Assembly (NCBI GenBank): GCA_964016885.1
Contig: OZ024743.1
Span: forward strand, 111,538,001 to 111,602,000
Source: Eledone cirrhosa
Lineage: Eukaryota
Length of the DNA stretch: 64,000 nucleotides
Direction: 5' to 3'
Shown: positions 27,913 to 42,289 of the stretch, one piece after another
Position numbering within the stretch: position 1 is the stretch's first letter
Layout: each line of letters opens with the position of its first letter
Program-made: the position numbers and the translations under genes
Notes under the pieces: generated by a model
The model's input: the letters and a program-made list of their open reading frames with translations, nothing else
Told to the model about the DNA's origin: nothing
Databases searched by the model: none

Positions 27913-29304
27913 GCAATGCCAGAAATATTGAGAGAGAGAAAGCGAGATGTAATACATAGACACATAGTGATATATCTAGACTAAGAAAGCATTGCAGACA
28001 AACTGACAAGGAAACTGGCAAGCCAGGCGGGAAATAAAGAAGGGAAGGGAGCATTGCTATAAAAGAGAGAATCGTGATGTGGGAGTTGATGTGAGCGGCA
28101 AGAAAATTAACCTAACAACTAGAAGGTCGCAGAATAAAGGAGAGCTTCAGGGTATATGCACACTCATACATACATGCATATATAAGTACATACACACAAT
28201 TACACACTCACACACATATATATGTATATATATATATATATATATATACATATATATACATATATATACATATATAAATATGCATACATATATATATATG
28301 TATATATGTAGAAGTTATTTTTATAAATATAGTTTCCATTTATTAATATATTGTATATGTATATATATATATATATATACACACACAGACGCATACCCCC
28401 ACATGTATATATATCAATATATATATATATATATATAAGAATTGTATACGGAGGCATATACAATATGTTTAAATATATTTGTGTGATGAGAGAGAGAACG
28501 AAGGGAGAGACCATGCGAGAGAGGGATTGAGAGATAAACAGAAAGTAATATAAATATAAGGGGAGAGAGCGAGAAAGAATTTGCGATTATTTCCTGGTCT
28601 AATCAATTCTGTACAAATGGGGAGTTTTATGTAATAATTACATTTGCGTGTGAGGGAAATAATATAGTCTGGGTGAGTGAAGGAATATATTGTATATGAG
28701 TGAAAATTATAAGGAGGCAATATCTGTCCGTATTTCTCAATAAAAGTAAAACGGGACAGAGTAACTTTCGCATTGATTCTTCTACATCATTGTCATTGAA
28801 TGGATGCTGCCTGATTGAATGGTTAAAATATTCGATCCGGAACCATTAGAAACCTTGTTTAATCCCACTGTAAGAAAGACTCTTTCTTTTACATGAAGAC
28901 TCAATCTGTGTGAAAACATTGCGCACCAATCGGTGAACTTGTCGTCAGCATATGTATAAAGAAATGCACCATGGAATAAGACATTATAAACCTATATATG
29001 TTAAGGATGATTATGCCCAATGCTGCATTCCAATGCGTGGTATCTTAGGCAAGTGCTAATTAAAATAACCATGATAAAAGTCCAATGTATTTTGATAAAC
29101 ACTTCTATATAGGGAAAACAGTTCCGAACGAATAGGTTTCATCATTATTGGTACTTACATCAGGAATATAGCAGTCGCGGCGATAGCATATATATTTTAG
29201 AAACAGAAAATCCATACATATAGGTTTGTGTCACTTCTATCTGAATATGCACGTATATTGAAACAAATATGAATATGTAGATACATACATACATAATTAA
29301 ACAT

Positions 29305-29350
<46 letters not shown>

Positions 29351-29469
29351 GATATATATGTGTGTGTGTGCGTGTGTGTGCGTGTGTGAGAGAGCGTGGA
29401 GAGAGAGACAGATAGAGAGGGAGAGAGAGAAAGTATGTGTGTGTGTTTCAACAATTTAAATAGAAGCCA

Positions 29470-29707
29470 GGTGTAGGTAGAGAGTTATTTCATTATTTTA
29501 CGATCGGTTCAGAGGGTCGATGGTATGGTGGACATCGATGTATCGACTAACAGAATGGATCCAGTAAAAAACAGTTAAATCATGACTTACCAGAGAACTC
29601 GATACTTGCGTTAATAGAGTAGGTAATATGAACAATTCGGGACCCCGACGGCTGGACTCCTGCCGTTCCAATAGCTAGATTCGGATCAGCGGTCGCTGTC
29701 CCGAATT

Positions 29708-29716
<9 letters not shown>
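29470..29716 (-). mobile_element. Diverged family-A-related element with HHR 3' half
   Basis: Minus strand GGAACGGCAGGAGTCCAGCCGTCGGGGTC parallels family A GAAACGGC..GCCGTC^GGGGTC; short inverted arm ATGAACAATTCGGGAC / GTCCCGAATTTTTCAT. Confidence 0.55.
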
Positions 29717-29771
<55 letters not shown>

Positions 29772-29774
<3 letters not shown>

Positions 29775-30690
29775 ATTATGGGTTTGAAGAACAGGCAGAT
29801 ACAATTTGCCTATATTTTCTTCTTAGTCCGGAGAAATTAACTAAATATATAATCAATTAAATGGAGCTAAGTTTAAAATGTAAGTTAAGAGATGTTTACC
29901 AATATTCCTCTAGCTCCGTCTGTCGACAGTTTCACTTGTGCTTTGTGAAAATGTGTAATAACTGCATTATCCAAAGTGATCACTGCTTGTAACAAATTCT
30001 ACAGGGCTGAAAATGATCACGTGGCTAGCGGTGAAGATGGAAGTGTTGTTAAGGGTAGACTGGTGGCAGGTAATTTCCTATCTAGAAGAAGCAGTTAGTT
30101 GCAATCTAATTTTACCCGACCATAAGGGAGATAGAACAAAGTCAAAAGGAACACATATATATATTTAAACATTAGCATAGATACATATATGAGTGTAGTC
30201 CACCTTCAATGGCGTGGCTGAATGAATGAATGAATTATATAAATAATTATTAATTAGAGCTATATAAAATTATAAGTTTGAAGAACAGGCAGATAACATT
30301 TACTTAACTTCTGTCCATAGTCCGGAGAAATTAACTAAATAAATAGTCAATTAAACGGGGTTAATTTTAAAATGCATGTTTGGAGAAATAATTTTTTCTA
30401 CTTTTTTGGCGCAAGGCCAGCAAACACCCAGTGTAGTACTGGTACTTTATTTTATCGACCCCGCAAGGATGAAAGGCAAAGTTAACTGCGGCAGGATGTT
30501 TGGAGAAATAATAGATACAAATTTACTCTCGCCTCAACTGTCGACATTTTCGCTTGAACTTTGTGGAAATGTTTAGTCGCTGCATTATTTATATGGCTTC
30601 AAGCCTATCAAGAGACTCCCTCAGTAAACTCATATATGTATCTATGCTTATGTTTAAATATATGTGTTCCTTCTGACTTTATACTTTATA
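29772..30690. mobile_element. Family H duplicated/inverted element interrupted by a SINE fragment
   Basis: GTTTGAAGAACAGGCAGATA...AGTCCGGAGAAATTAACTAAAT at 29782 and 30277; 30138-30194 is inverted at 30628-30682; SINE piece at 30388-30495. Confidence 0.6.
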
Positions 30691-30699
30691 TATATATAT

Positions 30700-30905
30700 A
30701 GTAATAATAATAAATTTGAAGACTAAAATCCAAAGAGGGCTCGATAACGATAAATATATATCAAATATATAAGAACCGTAAAGCAAATATTTATTAAAAT
30801 AACAGATTAAAGTTTAACTAAAGAATCGCTGCTTTCAACCTTAAGGGAATATTAAGGGTGAAAGCAGCGATTCTTTGCTTAAACTTTAATCTGTTATTTT
30901 AATAA

Positions 30906-30907
<2 letters not shown>
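30700..30907. mobile_element. Family E fold-back element
   Basis: Arms 30788-30845 and 30853-30907; homologous to 46820-47044. Confidence 0.85.
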
Positions 30908-30959
<52 letters not shown>

Positions 30960-31028
30960 TATGAAGAGAGAAGAAACATTTAGATATAATTAGTAATAAA
31001 ATGTATCATACCTAAACTGCTCCTAAAT

Positions 31029-31115
31029 TCCTCGACTACGTAGTTTCGTGGCATAAACAAAACAATATATCAAAGATATAGAGTCCCTGCGAGGTCTGCC
31101 GACTTATCAAGAGGA
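31029..31115 (-). ncRNA. Type I hammerhead ribozyme, U3-A8 variant
   Basis: Minus strand: TCCTC-TTGATAA-GTCGGCA...TGCCAC-GAAA-CTACGTAG-TC^GAGGA; perfect 5-bp stem I and GUC site. Confidence 0.8.
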
Positions 31116-31154
31116 TACCTCATTTTACTAGTCTCATATATATATATATATATA

Positions 31155-31802
31155 CACAGTTCAAGAGTAACCAATCTTAAATAGAGAGATGGAGATAGTA
31201 GAGGAGATATGAGAGGAAATATTGGTGAGTTAGTTAGAAGCCAAAGCGTAAAGGCATGTGCTCAATGTGCAATATGCAGTAGAAAGCAGCTAGGTGGCTG
31301 GGTTCATGCAGAAGTTAGGTGCGCAGAGCTGGAAATATTCATTAGTTAAGCAAAACAAGACCACAAACTTCACAAGGAAGACATTATTAAAAGATTGTCA
31401 ACATATTTTAGTTTGATGTAAGGAATGTAGAGAATAATAATAATAATAATATTAATAATAATAATTGTTTCTACTTTTGGCACAAGGCCAGCAATTACCC
31501 AGTACATTACTGGTACTTTATTTTATCGACCCCGTTAGGATGAAAGGCAAAGTTAACGTCGGCGGGATTTGAACTCCATATAATATTTCTGGATCAGATG
31601 GCTATATATCATATTTATGATATCATTTATGATATATAGCCATCTGATCCAGAAATATTATATGGAGTAGCGAAACAATTGTAAACGGACATTATTATTA
31701 TTATTATTCCCTACATTCCTTACATCAAACTAAAATATGTTGACAATCTTTTAATAATGTCTTCCTTGTGAAGTTTGTGGTCTTGTTTTGCTTAAGTAAT
31801 GA

Positions 31803-31806
<4 letters not shown>
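31155..31806. mobile_element. Family F fold-back element with SINE fragment in one arm
   Basis: Arms 31335-31445 and 31693-31806; inner hairpin 31574-31668; GAAA-CAATTG-TA HHR 3' half at 31672; SINE at 31463-31575 (-). Confidence 0.8.
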
Positions 31807-31857
<51 letters not shown>

Positions 31858-32586
31858 TACATACTACACATGTACAGATACAAAGCATATACACATGCAC
31901 ACATACAACTCAAAACATAAACGTCCACACATCAATAACATTCACATCTACACATGCATACATATCTACCTAGTTGATATTGTGTAAATTCCAATGAGAG
32001 AGCCTTGTGTCTATTTAAGAAACCGACTCTCTCTCTATTGGTAAAAATGTGTGAAATTATAAAACAAGAAGAACCTACATATATACATCTAGTATACTAC
32101 AAGGGAAAATCATCAGAAAACTATAAAGGCATAGGTATCAGTTGGTACTTTTGATATAACAATTTCAGAAATTCTTTTATAGTTACTAGCTGCTCGTATA
32201 TTCCTTCTAAAATGTGATTACCAGTCTACAAGGGGAACTGATAATGACAGATGAGGATCTTATCACAGTAGTCCATCAACCGACAAAATGTTCATTATAC
32301 ATTTGGCAGGATTCTTCTTCCATTTTCATTTCCTCCTCAACACGCAATCCTGAACACATAAGCAGATACTTTGACACACACTATGTCACCCATTCTATTT
32401 CTCTCTATATAATGTGTGTCATTCATTTTTCTCTCTGACCCTATCTCTATTTCTCTTCCTCTGCTTATTACCATTCCCAAATAACCGGACACTCTATTCA
32501 AAATTACCCACTCTCTGAGATTTGTCCTGACAACAATGACATATTGTTGTCAACTAATAACTAAGGTTTCCTTTAGAATGATTGAC

Positions 32587-32637
<51 letters not shown>

Positions 32638-32639
32638 AT

Positions 32640-32748
<109 letters not shown>

Positions 32749-32810
32749 AACATAGTCACACACAGACATACACAGACACACGCATACACAGACACACACT
32801 CACACATATG

Positions 32811-32902
<92 letters not shown>

Positions 32903-33206
32903 CATAGAATACTGATCAATGACAAATGCCGTGTATTTCCTATTTCCCAAGTGTGTTTACTTGCTTTCACCGTGAATGTTTTCTGATATTTTTCTGTTAT
33001 TTTATATTGATATATTTTATCCTATTATTCTTTGTTTCCTAGCATTTAAAAATGTCTCCTATAAATACTACATAGAACTAAATATGTTATAATTTTACAC
33101 GAATTTATCTTTTCTTTTAAATAGATTTTTGCCTCTACGCAGTAGAATCTGCAATTACACGTGCCATGCAATTAAGCAGCACTATACAGTTTCTATTTTT
33201 TGTGTG

Positions 33207-33353
<147 letters not shown>

Positions 33354-36300
33354 TTGTGTGTGTAATAATAAACCTTGAATGTAAAATACCTTTTAGTTGT
33401 TTGGGGCTTTTGTCAAATATCTCTAAAATTCTTTCCTTGTGTAAATGAAATGTTCCTCCTGTCGTTTAAACGTTGAGTTTCTGACGCCTTTTCGTTTAAC
33501 TTAAATTAATAATTAATTATTTTTTTTACTTTTGTTGTATTTTATGTAGATAATCTAGTTACTAAATTATCAATAAAATATATAATTAAATAGATTTTAC
33601 AGAAAGTACATAATCATTTTAACATGTTTTTGCAATATATGCCTTTGATAGTTCAACGTGTCTTTCACAATCGAGTACTCGTAAGTTAGCTTACTCAGAG
33701 ATTATCGGTTCTAGTGAATAAAGCAGTTTAAAATTGTTTAGATGCTTATATCACCATGTGGGGTAATGTTTATGTTAATTACGTCATACAAGTCTAATGG
33801 ATTAGCAGAATTAAAAGTGCGTCGGATAAAATTCCATTAGGGCATTTGTTCTGGGTCTTTACTTCCTGCGTTTCAATCTCGCCGATATCAATTTCGTCTT
33901 TCATCCTTATTTGATCGATAACATAACGGACCGGTCAAGAACTGGGGTTAATCTAAGTAACTTTGCCTATCACCCAAATTTTCAAACCTATGTTAATTAT
34001 TAAAATGAAAGACCTATATAATCCCGATGTGAAACAAATATACAAAATGCTTGCCAATAAAAATAAGTAATTCCAAACAGTTTTCTAATCTCCTGAACTA
34101 GACGATTGGGCGACACGTTAAAATGTCCAATAGAAAGTTGTGCTGTATTCATTCAAATATCCTGTCATCTGATTTCAAAACACGCCAAGGTCATATTTGT
34201 CTTTCATACTTTCGAGTTCGAGAGAAAAAGTACCAAGCCAGTAATCTGATATATTCTTCCTTTATTTTCCTTTCTCAATTTCCCTCTCTCATTTTCCTTC
34301 TCAACATCTTTGTCACCCCACTCTCTCTATCCCTCTCACTTTCGTTTTTTAACTCTTTTTCTCTCTTTTTTTTCTCTCCTCTTGAAGGAATTGACTGTGT
34401 GTGGAGCTGAAGAGGGGACTGCCCAAGACACGTTGTATATCAGGACAACGCCCCTACGATCACAAAATATACGTCACCATACAAAATGTGCTCATTTAAT
34501 TCATATAGTAAGATTTGTGATTCCTTTCAGACCCCAAGTTGGAGCTAGTTTGAAGTTTACTTATTCCATTTTACAGAATTCAGTCTTCTTGTACATCCGT
34601 GTCCATGTTGTTTTGAAATTATGCCAAGTGATATGTAATCAATGAAACACACGGAGGGATTTGTAACAATTACACTGATTTCTAGTCAAACATAAATGTT
34701 AGCAGACTAAACCAATACCGTTCTCTACAATTATGACTCTTTCTAATTCAGAGTTTCAGACGTAATAAAAAAAATTAAAGTTAAATAGATTTTAAAAGAT
34801 TTAACAATCTAAGCTAGAAATTTCATATAAATCAAATTCAATATGTGTGACGAAAGAAATCATTTGATGAATAGAGCAGAAACGAGTTTAACGAAGAAAA
34901 AAAAGAGATTTAAAAGATATGCATGAATAAAGAAAAGAAATTGAAAATAATCGAATAACAAGATACTTTCAATTTATTCTCTATAATAAAAAAATAAGAG
35001 TTTCTTATTTTTATATTTAAATATTTATTAAGAGATATTTATGAAATGATCTATTGGAATTAATAATATATCTTCATCGATGATGAAAATAATGTCATAT
35101 TTTTTCAAATTATCGATAAGTAATATATCAACATGATTTTATCAAAAAGGGAAATTGAAAGGTACGTTTTTTTTATTAAAAAAACTAAGGAAATTTATCT
35201 CCATCAGATGACAGTCGTGTGGAACAATAATGAAAAAAAAAAAATTATTTTCGAAAATAAATTGATAAAAATTATGGGTATCTCATAAACATTCAAATGA
35301 TCTTTTTGATGAATCAGTCACTTGGGTGTTTTTTGAGCATTGAACTAAAAAGTACTGAAATTTTATTCAATAGAAATGATTGAAACTGGGAGTTCGTTTT
35401 TTGGATTGTGGGGCAAGTTTGTCCTTTATTTCAGGTTGCTCTGTTGAAAGCAACTGAAGAAATGGCTTACGGCCAAATCGATGTCAAGCAGTATCGGCCT
35501 ATGATTCTCCCTTGGAATACATGACAGGCATAAACGATTGCTGGTCTTCCCCAAAACAGCTTTCCAGGCTTTTGTCATGGATAGAAAATTTTCCGGTAGA
35601 ATGTCTTAGTCAGTCATGAATAATGGATGTGAGATAGAGAGAAAAGCAATTCATATAAAATAATTCTGACATTGCTCTAAACCTTTAGATACACAAGGTT
35701 TCCAGGAAATATATAAATATAAAGGCCTACCAACGAAAGGTTTTCCGAAAGGGTTAAACATCTGGTTAAGTGTGGTAGGAATTACACAGTGTTTATTTGT
35801 CTCCCAGAATGCAAACATTATTTTTAAAAATCTGATTCGGATGAAGATTGGTCATATGAATTACTCAATACTCTATAGGAATTCTTTTTCAAGCATAATG
35901 TAAAAAAAAATAATAGATCATAAATTATTAAATATTTGTAACCGCTATGCTGTCTTAAAAATTTGCATAACTCCGTCATCAGCATATATATTATGTATAC
36001 GTTTCAAATGAATTGCGAAATGCAATTAGTAAAATGTTTCCTGAAGTTTCCAATATGTTCCTATATCAAGATATCTTGCCTTTGAAAGAAATCATTTAAA
36101 CTTATAAGATTTGAAATCAATCCCAACACAGATATCACTATGAACAATAATATGTCTAGAAAATTGCGTAAAATACCATTAGGGAGGGAAAAGGTGGTCG
36201 GCAACCATTAGGAATAAATGAAATCCGTGATTCTCAATGTTCTACAGTAATGATAATCCATGGCGATTTCTGCGTTTGGATTCCAGCAATTGAAATTTCG

Positions 36301-36680
36301 AATCATCCAAGAGCCTCGATAAATCATAAGATTTTTTAAAATATTTGTTTTAGGTGCGTACATACGGACATGCAAAGTTTAGCGTAATTTGGTAAAGAAT
36401 AAGCAAAGTGGAGAAAGGACTTAATCCGTGCAAGCAGGTTTTGATAATCATTATGTAATGTATTATGTTGAAGATCTGGAGTCTGATTCAGCTGAATATA
36501 GAAGAAACAATCGTACGCAAATTACACCATAATATAATATACACACACACATATATATATATACACACACACACATATATATATATATATACATACACAC
36601 ACACATATATATATATATCGAGAGAGAGAGAGTGAGAGAGCGAGAGAGAGAGAGAGAGAACGAGAGAGAGAAACAAAGAT

Positions 36681-36744
<64 letters not shown>

Positions 36745-36799
36745 TATATATATATATATATGAGTGTGTGTGTATGTTTATACATGTCATCCTATTTTT

Positions 36800-36962
36800 A
36801 GGGTCGGACGCCATGCTTAGACGTATTGAGTTACGGCCCTTGCCTTTGTGAGTTAAAATCCCGCCAAGGTTAACTTTGCCTTTCATCCTTACGGGGTGAT
36901 AAAATATAGTACCAGTAATGCACTGGGTAATTGCTGGCCTTGTCCCTAACGTAGAAACAATT
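36800..36962 (+). mobile_element. Main tRNA-derived SINE (5'-truncated)
   Basis: AGGGTCGGACGCCATGCTT...CTTTCATCCTTACGGGG...AGTACCAGTAATGCACTGGGTAATTGCTGGCCTTG...GTAGAAACAATT. Confidence 0.85.
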
Positions 36963-38699
36963 ATATAAACGGTAATATAACGTCATCTACACATATATAA
37001 ATGTATACATGAACACATGTACATATACGTTTTAACTAAACTTGAATCTCAAAATAAAATAAAGATGATGCATTGAATATCAGCTCATTTTACTCATAAG
37101 CCTGATAAAACTCTCGTATTCCTAGCTTCCGAACATGTATTCGTATCTCAGTACAAATTTAGTTACATTTGATATACGGCAATCTTCAGGACAAAAAATA
37201 TGAACAATTCCTTTACCTTGTAGCAGGAACACTAACGATGGTCACCGGGACATCAAAATCGTCAACGATACTAATATTTCTGAGTCTGTAGATGGCTGGA
37301 ATTCATTTTTTCTAGCTTTCATTTGTACCCGCGAATAGACACACACAACCTATATATGTATGTATACGTTCATAAGATCGTTATTGCATTAATCGCTCCA
37401 GAAAAGACAGAGAAAACACCTTAAACCGAATGTTAACCTACTCTCGTCTCCTGCTAAACCAACACGCGACAAATCTTCCATGTTCAGCAAACCGAACCTT
37501 GACTACCCATCTTCCCAACCTCGTTAAACCGAACATGGACCGCAACAATCACCAGATTAGAGAGGAAGGCGTTATCAATCTTAAGCTGTCATATTACCTA
37601 GTAACTATATAATAAAGCTATTACATATGTTATTATCTGCAACGACTACGACCCCATTATACATTAGACCAATCTATATATTCCCCCATCGTCTCTCAAA
37701 TTTCAACCAACCAATCGAGATGTCTAGTTTGTAGAACACAAATTAAGAAATAAATATTACATAAACCATTAAAGACAAGTCTTAAATGAACCAAAGATGA
37801 ATATCACATAATCCGATATCGAAAGGCGACACAAATAGCATATAGTTCAATGTTTTATTTAAATATATATAAACATAAATATACAAACACTAATGTGAAA
37901 CATAATTAAGTTTAAGTCATATATACCCAAGCACACACTTGCAAATAAGTTCAAGTTTGCAAACGCTGATTTCAAAAATTATTTCGCAAAATTAAGACCT
38001 ACCAGATTGGTGCCAATCTCCTAAAAAGTGCCCATCTTTCTGGCCTGGACAAATAAAGGAAATAAACGAAAACAAAATAAAGGATACAATAATCTTGGTC
38101 ATCCCCTCATCCACAGCCCTATCGCTAAATTCACCCATAGCCTTTAGGTCAAATATCGCCCAAATATCAGCAGCAAGTAACTATTTTTAAATTTACTACT
38201 TCAAAACAAATAAGCAACTATTCTTCAATCTCAATGTAAATTAAATCATACATTCTTTATATATAAATGATTTCATATTTACTACTCAAAGGCAAATAAC
38301 GAGAATTCTCTTAAAATCGCCCTAAATATGCTAACGTATTACTACCGCAATGTAAATATATTTAATTTTATAACCATACGCTGTTCATTTGTATTCTTGA
38401 ATTGAAACCCTGATTTTCCAAGAACCTTCATTAAATACTCTAAATTTGTACAACCACAATGTGAATTAAATTAATTTCACAGTTTTTCATTTGCAAACTT
38501 GATATAACCCCGAATGTTTCACTAAATACTGACGAAAATACTGTATCAGAATGTTTTTCTTCATTGCCCTCTCCTACCATATGTTTTAAGCGTTATTTCG
38601 CGTTTTCAGTAAAAACATTCATCTGTCTACTTTTTCCAACTGTAACATATGGTTTGACTGGAATAACCTACTGAATCCTAAGGATAGTGTCGTACAGCT

Positions 38700-39150
38700 T
38701 GAAGTGAAGCGCTCTGGGCGGAGACCGACTCACACATTGAACAGTTTCGATTTGGCACCATTTATCCGAATAGAAATACGTGCATGCGTACAGAGATATC
38801 ATGGTAACAGGAAGCTGAATATCGATCCCATACTACTGCAGAATCTTCCACACCAGGTCCCGAGTAATGCAATCATACGCCATTTCGACGTTTACAAAGC
38901 GAGTATATACTTCTTGTCGATAATACTAATATTTGTCAAAGACCTTCCCCAGTTTAAATATTTGGTCGACTGTGCTGTGACCGGGACAACGACCGTAGTG
39001 TTCTTCAGCTAGCTTGGACTCGACAGCATCCCTACCTCTCTTTGCCAGACACTGAGCATTGACTTTACAGTGGAGGCTAAACAAGGAGATCTATCTTTAA
39101 TTGGAACAATCTCTGTTGTTTCTCATTTGTAAAGTTGGAAAACGTTCCGT
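38700..39150 (-). mobile_element. RTE-clade LINE RT relic
   Basis: Translates with stops and frameshifts to DCSN*R.ISL.SL..KV...EEHYG..PG.STVDQIF.L...FVNVEMAYD..RDLVWKILQ*YGI. Confidence 0.75.
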
Positions 39151-39372
39151 GCCACTGATACTTAGATTTAGGGGGAGGATAGAAACTCCACTATTCAGGT
39201 TTTTCATCCAGAAATGACTCATAATGTATTATGAACTGGATCTCATTAGGAGAGAGGACTTGCCTAGGATGAAGGATAGGTCTCTGTGGGTGGTGCATGT
39301 TTATGCACAAAAAAGAAGTCCGAATTCATATTCGTCCCTGATGAAACACGGCAGTGTTAGATGTAGTTAAGA

Positions 39373-39708
39373 CTAAGCCACGAGATACTTCGATGTACTT
39401 GTTGGCGTTGACCACCTGGCATAGAAAGGAGTGATTGGATGGAACGTCGCACCCAGTCTAAAAACGAATGGAGAGGCTTTATTAGAATTAGACTTTGGGG
39501 ATCTCATCTCTCCAGAGAAATGCATCCTCGCGAGGCGGAGAGAATAATTTAATCTACTAAACCCGATCACACTAAATATGTCGATTGTACACGATGTGAT
39601 CTTGGTAGCGGTGAATAATGTCCGGGAGGCTGAGGTCACAAAATTAGTTAAAGAGATCAAACGCGACAAGACCCCTGGGGAAGATGAAATCCAACTCGAG
39701 ATGTATGG
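39373..39708 (+). mobile_element. RTE-clade LINE relic, pre-RT segment, opposite orientation
   Basis: EAEVTKLVKEIKRDKTPGEDEIQLEM matches the EV..AVK.L..GKAPG.DEI..EM motif that precedes RT. Confidence 0.6.
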
Positions 39709-39760
39709 CGCCAATATGTATTTTGAACTCGGGAATATTATATTCTCCGAGAGAGAAAAT

Positions 39761-39840
39761 CCTTCTGACGAGGATCTCTTTCTCAATGAAAATCCGCTTG
39801 GATTATCTATTTGTTTTGGGATCTGAAACCACGGTAAAGG
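39761..39840 (+). ncRNA. Type I hammerhead ribozyme (family I)
   Basis: CCTT-CTGACGA-GGATCTC...GGGATCT-GAAA-CCACGG-TA^AAGG. Confidence 0.85.
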
Positions 39841-40163
39841 CATATATAGTAAGTACAGTGAACTTTTTTGAAATTTATTTTTAATTGTTTTCTTTATACG
39901 CTTTTCCTTGATTTTATGTGTTTAACTTGCCATTGAAGCACACTTGCATACGGTCGGACTATACTTGTATCCCTATGTATATTATTTACGGTAGAGAAAC
40001 CTTTGGTCATTTACACGGCTGCTATTTTTAGTAGCGAGAGATTGACCTGTCCACCTTGCTTTCAGTCTTTGCACACGGTACTAGATAAAATTGTTTCATC
40101 ATTCATTTTTTGGGGCAGTATGTATTTATAATTTGGGAATGTTATATTCTCCGAGAGAGAAAA

Positions 40164-40245
40164 GCCTTCTGACTAGGATCTCTTTCTCAATGGAAATCCG
40201 CTTGGATTATCTATTTGTTTTGGGATCTGAAACCGCGGTAAAGGC
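40164..40245 (+). ncRNA. Type I hammerhead ribozyme (family I, G8 mutated)
   Basis: GCCTT-CTGACTA-GGATCTC...GGGATCT-GAAA-CCGCGG-TA^AAGGC. Confidence 0.7.
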
Positions 40246-40300
40246 ACAGTGAATTTTTTGAAATTTATTTTAAAATGTTTTCTTTATTTGCTCTTCCTTG

Positions 40301-40357
<57 letters not shown>

Positions 40358-41943
40358 TTGTCTTATCTCCTAAAGATAAAAAAATTAACACTTAGAGAAT
40401 ATATGTAAATACGAAATATGTGGAATCAATCTAATTCTCTTTTGTTTAAAAGTTTTATATAGCGTAAATTGGACATCATGCGTTTTTAATCCTGAAACAG
40501 TAACCGCTAAGAACGAATAATTAAGAGAATTATTTAATTAATGAATCAAATAAACTGTGTCGAAAAATTTGCAAAGATTGCCTCTTTAGGATGAAACTCT
40601 TAAAAATTACTGAGTTTCCTCTATATATTTACTGGATCACATGTTTTAGTATATACTTCGTAGGTTTCATGTGATATATTTTTTTCTACTTACTAATTTC
40701 TTAAAGTCACTTATTTATCCAAATATTGAGGTGTTTGTTAAGTTATTTTAATGTTTATTTTAAGAAGCTCAGTGTTGTTTTTTAAATACATTTTCATTAT
40801 ACGCCCATTTTATACTATTTTCATTTTATCAGAAGGATGTGTTACTTATAATTTATTTCTGATTTGTATGTTCCTTGCATTTATGATTGTTTTCAGTAGT
40901 GAATATATATTTCTATAAAAAACTGTTAAAATAATAAGAATCATCTTTTTTTAAATGTAGAGAAAAACACAGAAAATAGTTCATTCAAAACGAAGTACTC
41001 TGTATCATGAGCCTACCTAAAATCAACATTATTCCGAAGCGTATATCATTATGGGTGTAGGGATCGGAATGTTTTCAGTACCGGGAAAGATGCACGACGA
41101 CGACCGAGTAGAAATAGAGATTATTTTGTGACATTATGTTGTCTTATGCACAAAACACAAAACAACATATTAATAAAGAAACATGCAAATATAAAACAAA
41201 TAAATGTAATATATTATAAGGGATATTTTTATATATAACACCCGTAATTATGTTAAAACAAGTTACAACAGAGAAATATGAATACCATACCTTAAAATAT
41301 TACCCAGAAGCATACGGCTATTTTTTTCAATTTATGTTTCCTTTTATTCATGGAACTTCTGTTTTGCTTTCCATTTTTTCTATTTTTTCGTTTTTCGCTT
41401 CCTTAACAATGAACCACACACGATTACATTTAGTGTATAACATAGATGCACATGCTGAGTATACATGCGCCATCAGTCTTTGGAAATGTCACTAACAACG
41501 TCCATTAAACATATCGCTCTTCCGCCAAAGTCAGAACCATTTTTAGGCACCAGTTACTGAAGGAATGGGTTTTATATTACTTAAGAGCTATTCTTATTTT
41601 TAAGTAAAATTTTTAAGGAACAAAGAATAAATTGGAACAACCCCCATTTAGAATTCCCCGCCGAGATTCTTATTCACCTTTTTAGATTTAGCTTGTTTTA
41701 GCTTCCAGGTTTATTTAGCTTTTTAATTCTTGTATATTCATATTTAAGAAAATCCATCTCATGACAAGGATTTGGACGCCATTAATAATTTTCTATAATA
41801 TGTGCACATGTGTGCCTCCTGCGTGTGTTGATGCACGTGAGTTATTGTATTTGTGTGTAAGCTTCAGTAAGTGTTAGCGAACGCACTATAAAATATTAAC
41901 GTATGGAAATAGATACGTAAATTTTGATAAACATGTTAATATA

Positions 41944-42275
41944 ATGAATAAAAACAATGTTATTATTTTCATGTTTTTGTTTTGTGTGCTTTCATTGGTC
42001 ATTTTTCTCTTCATATTGCCACTACATTACCGAGCACCAATCTATATTCCTTGGGTATATGCAGCGATGTATTTTGCTGTTGTTGTTTCTATTGTGTCTA
42101 TTATCTCTACGTATCACGTATATTTGGCCTGCTAATGTTAACTTCTGAGTTCTGGGCTGTTTAGTTTTTATCATTTCCAGAGCAACTATTATTATAGGGT
42201 CTACATCTGTTTCATCATACCCCTTCGCATTACCTTTAAAGTACACATATTTATGTTTGGATAATATATCTATTT
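41944..42275 (+). pseudogene. Possible decayed YhhN/TMEM86 (lysoplasmalogenase-like) membrane-protein fragment
   Basis: Two frames give ...IFLFILPLHYRAPIYIPWVYAAM... then F*VLGCLVFIISRATII...YPFALPLKYTY, resembling the recalled TMEM86 motif GALFFIISDLTIA...TYY; one frameshift and one stop. Confidence 0.35.
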
Positions 42276-42289
42276 ATCTAACAAAACAA

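Larger units (their letters stand above)
39712..40305 (+). mobile_element. Family I: tandem 404-bp HHR-bearing units
   Basis: 39730-39915 is repeated at 40135-40305; homologous to 56020-56545. Confidence 0.85.

Noticed and set aside
34389-35525. Two candidate plus-strand exons after polypyrimidine tracts
   Set aside because: No convincing donor or frame continuity, and no recognisable protein
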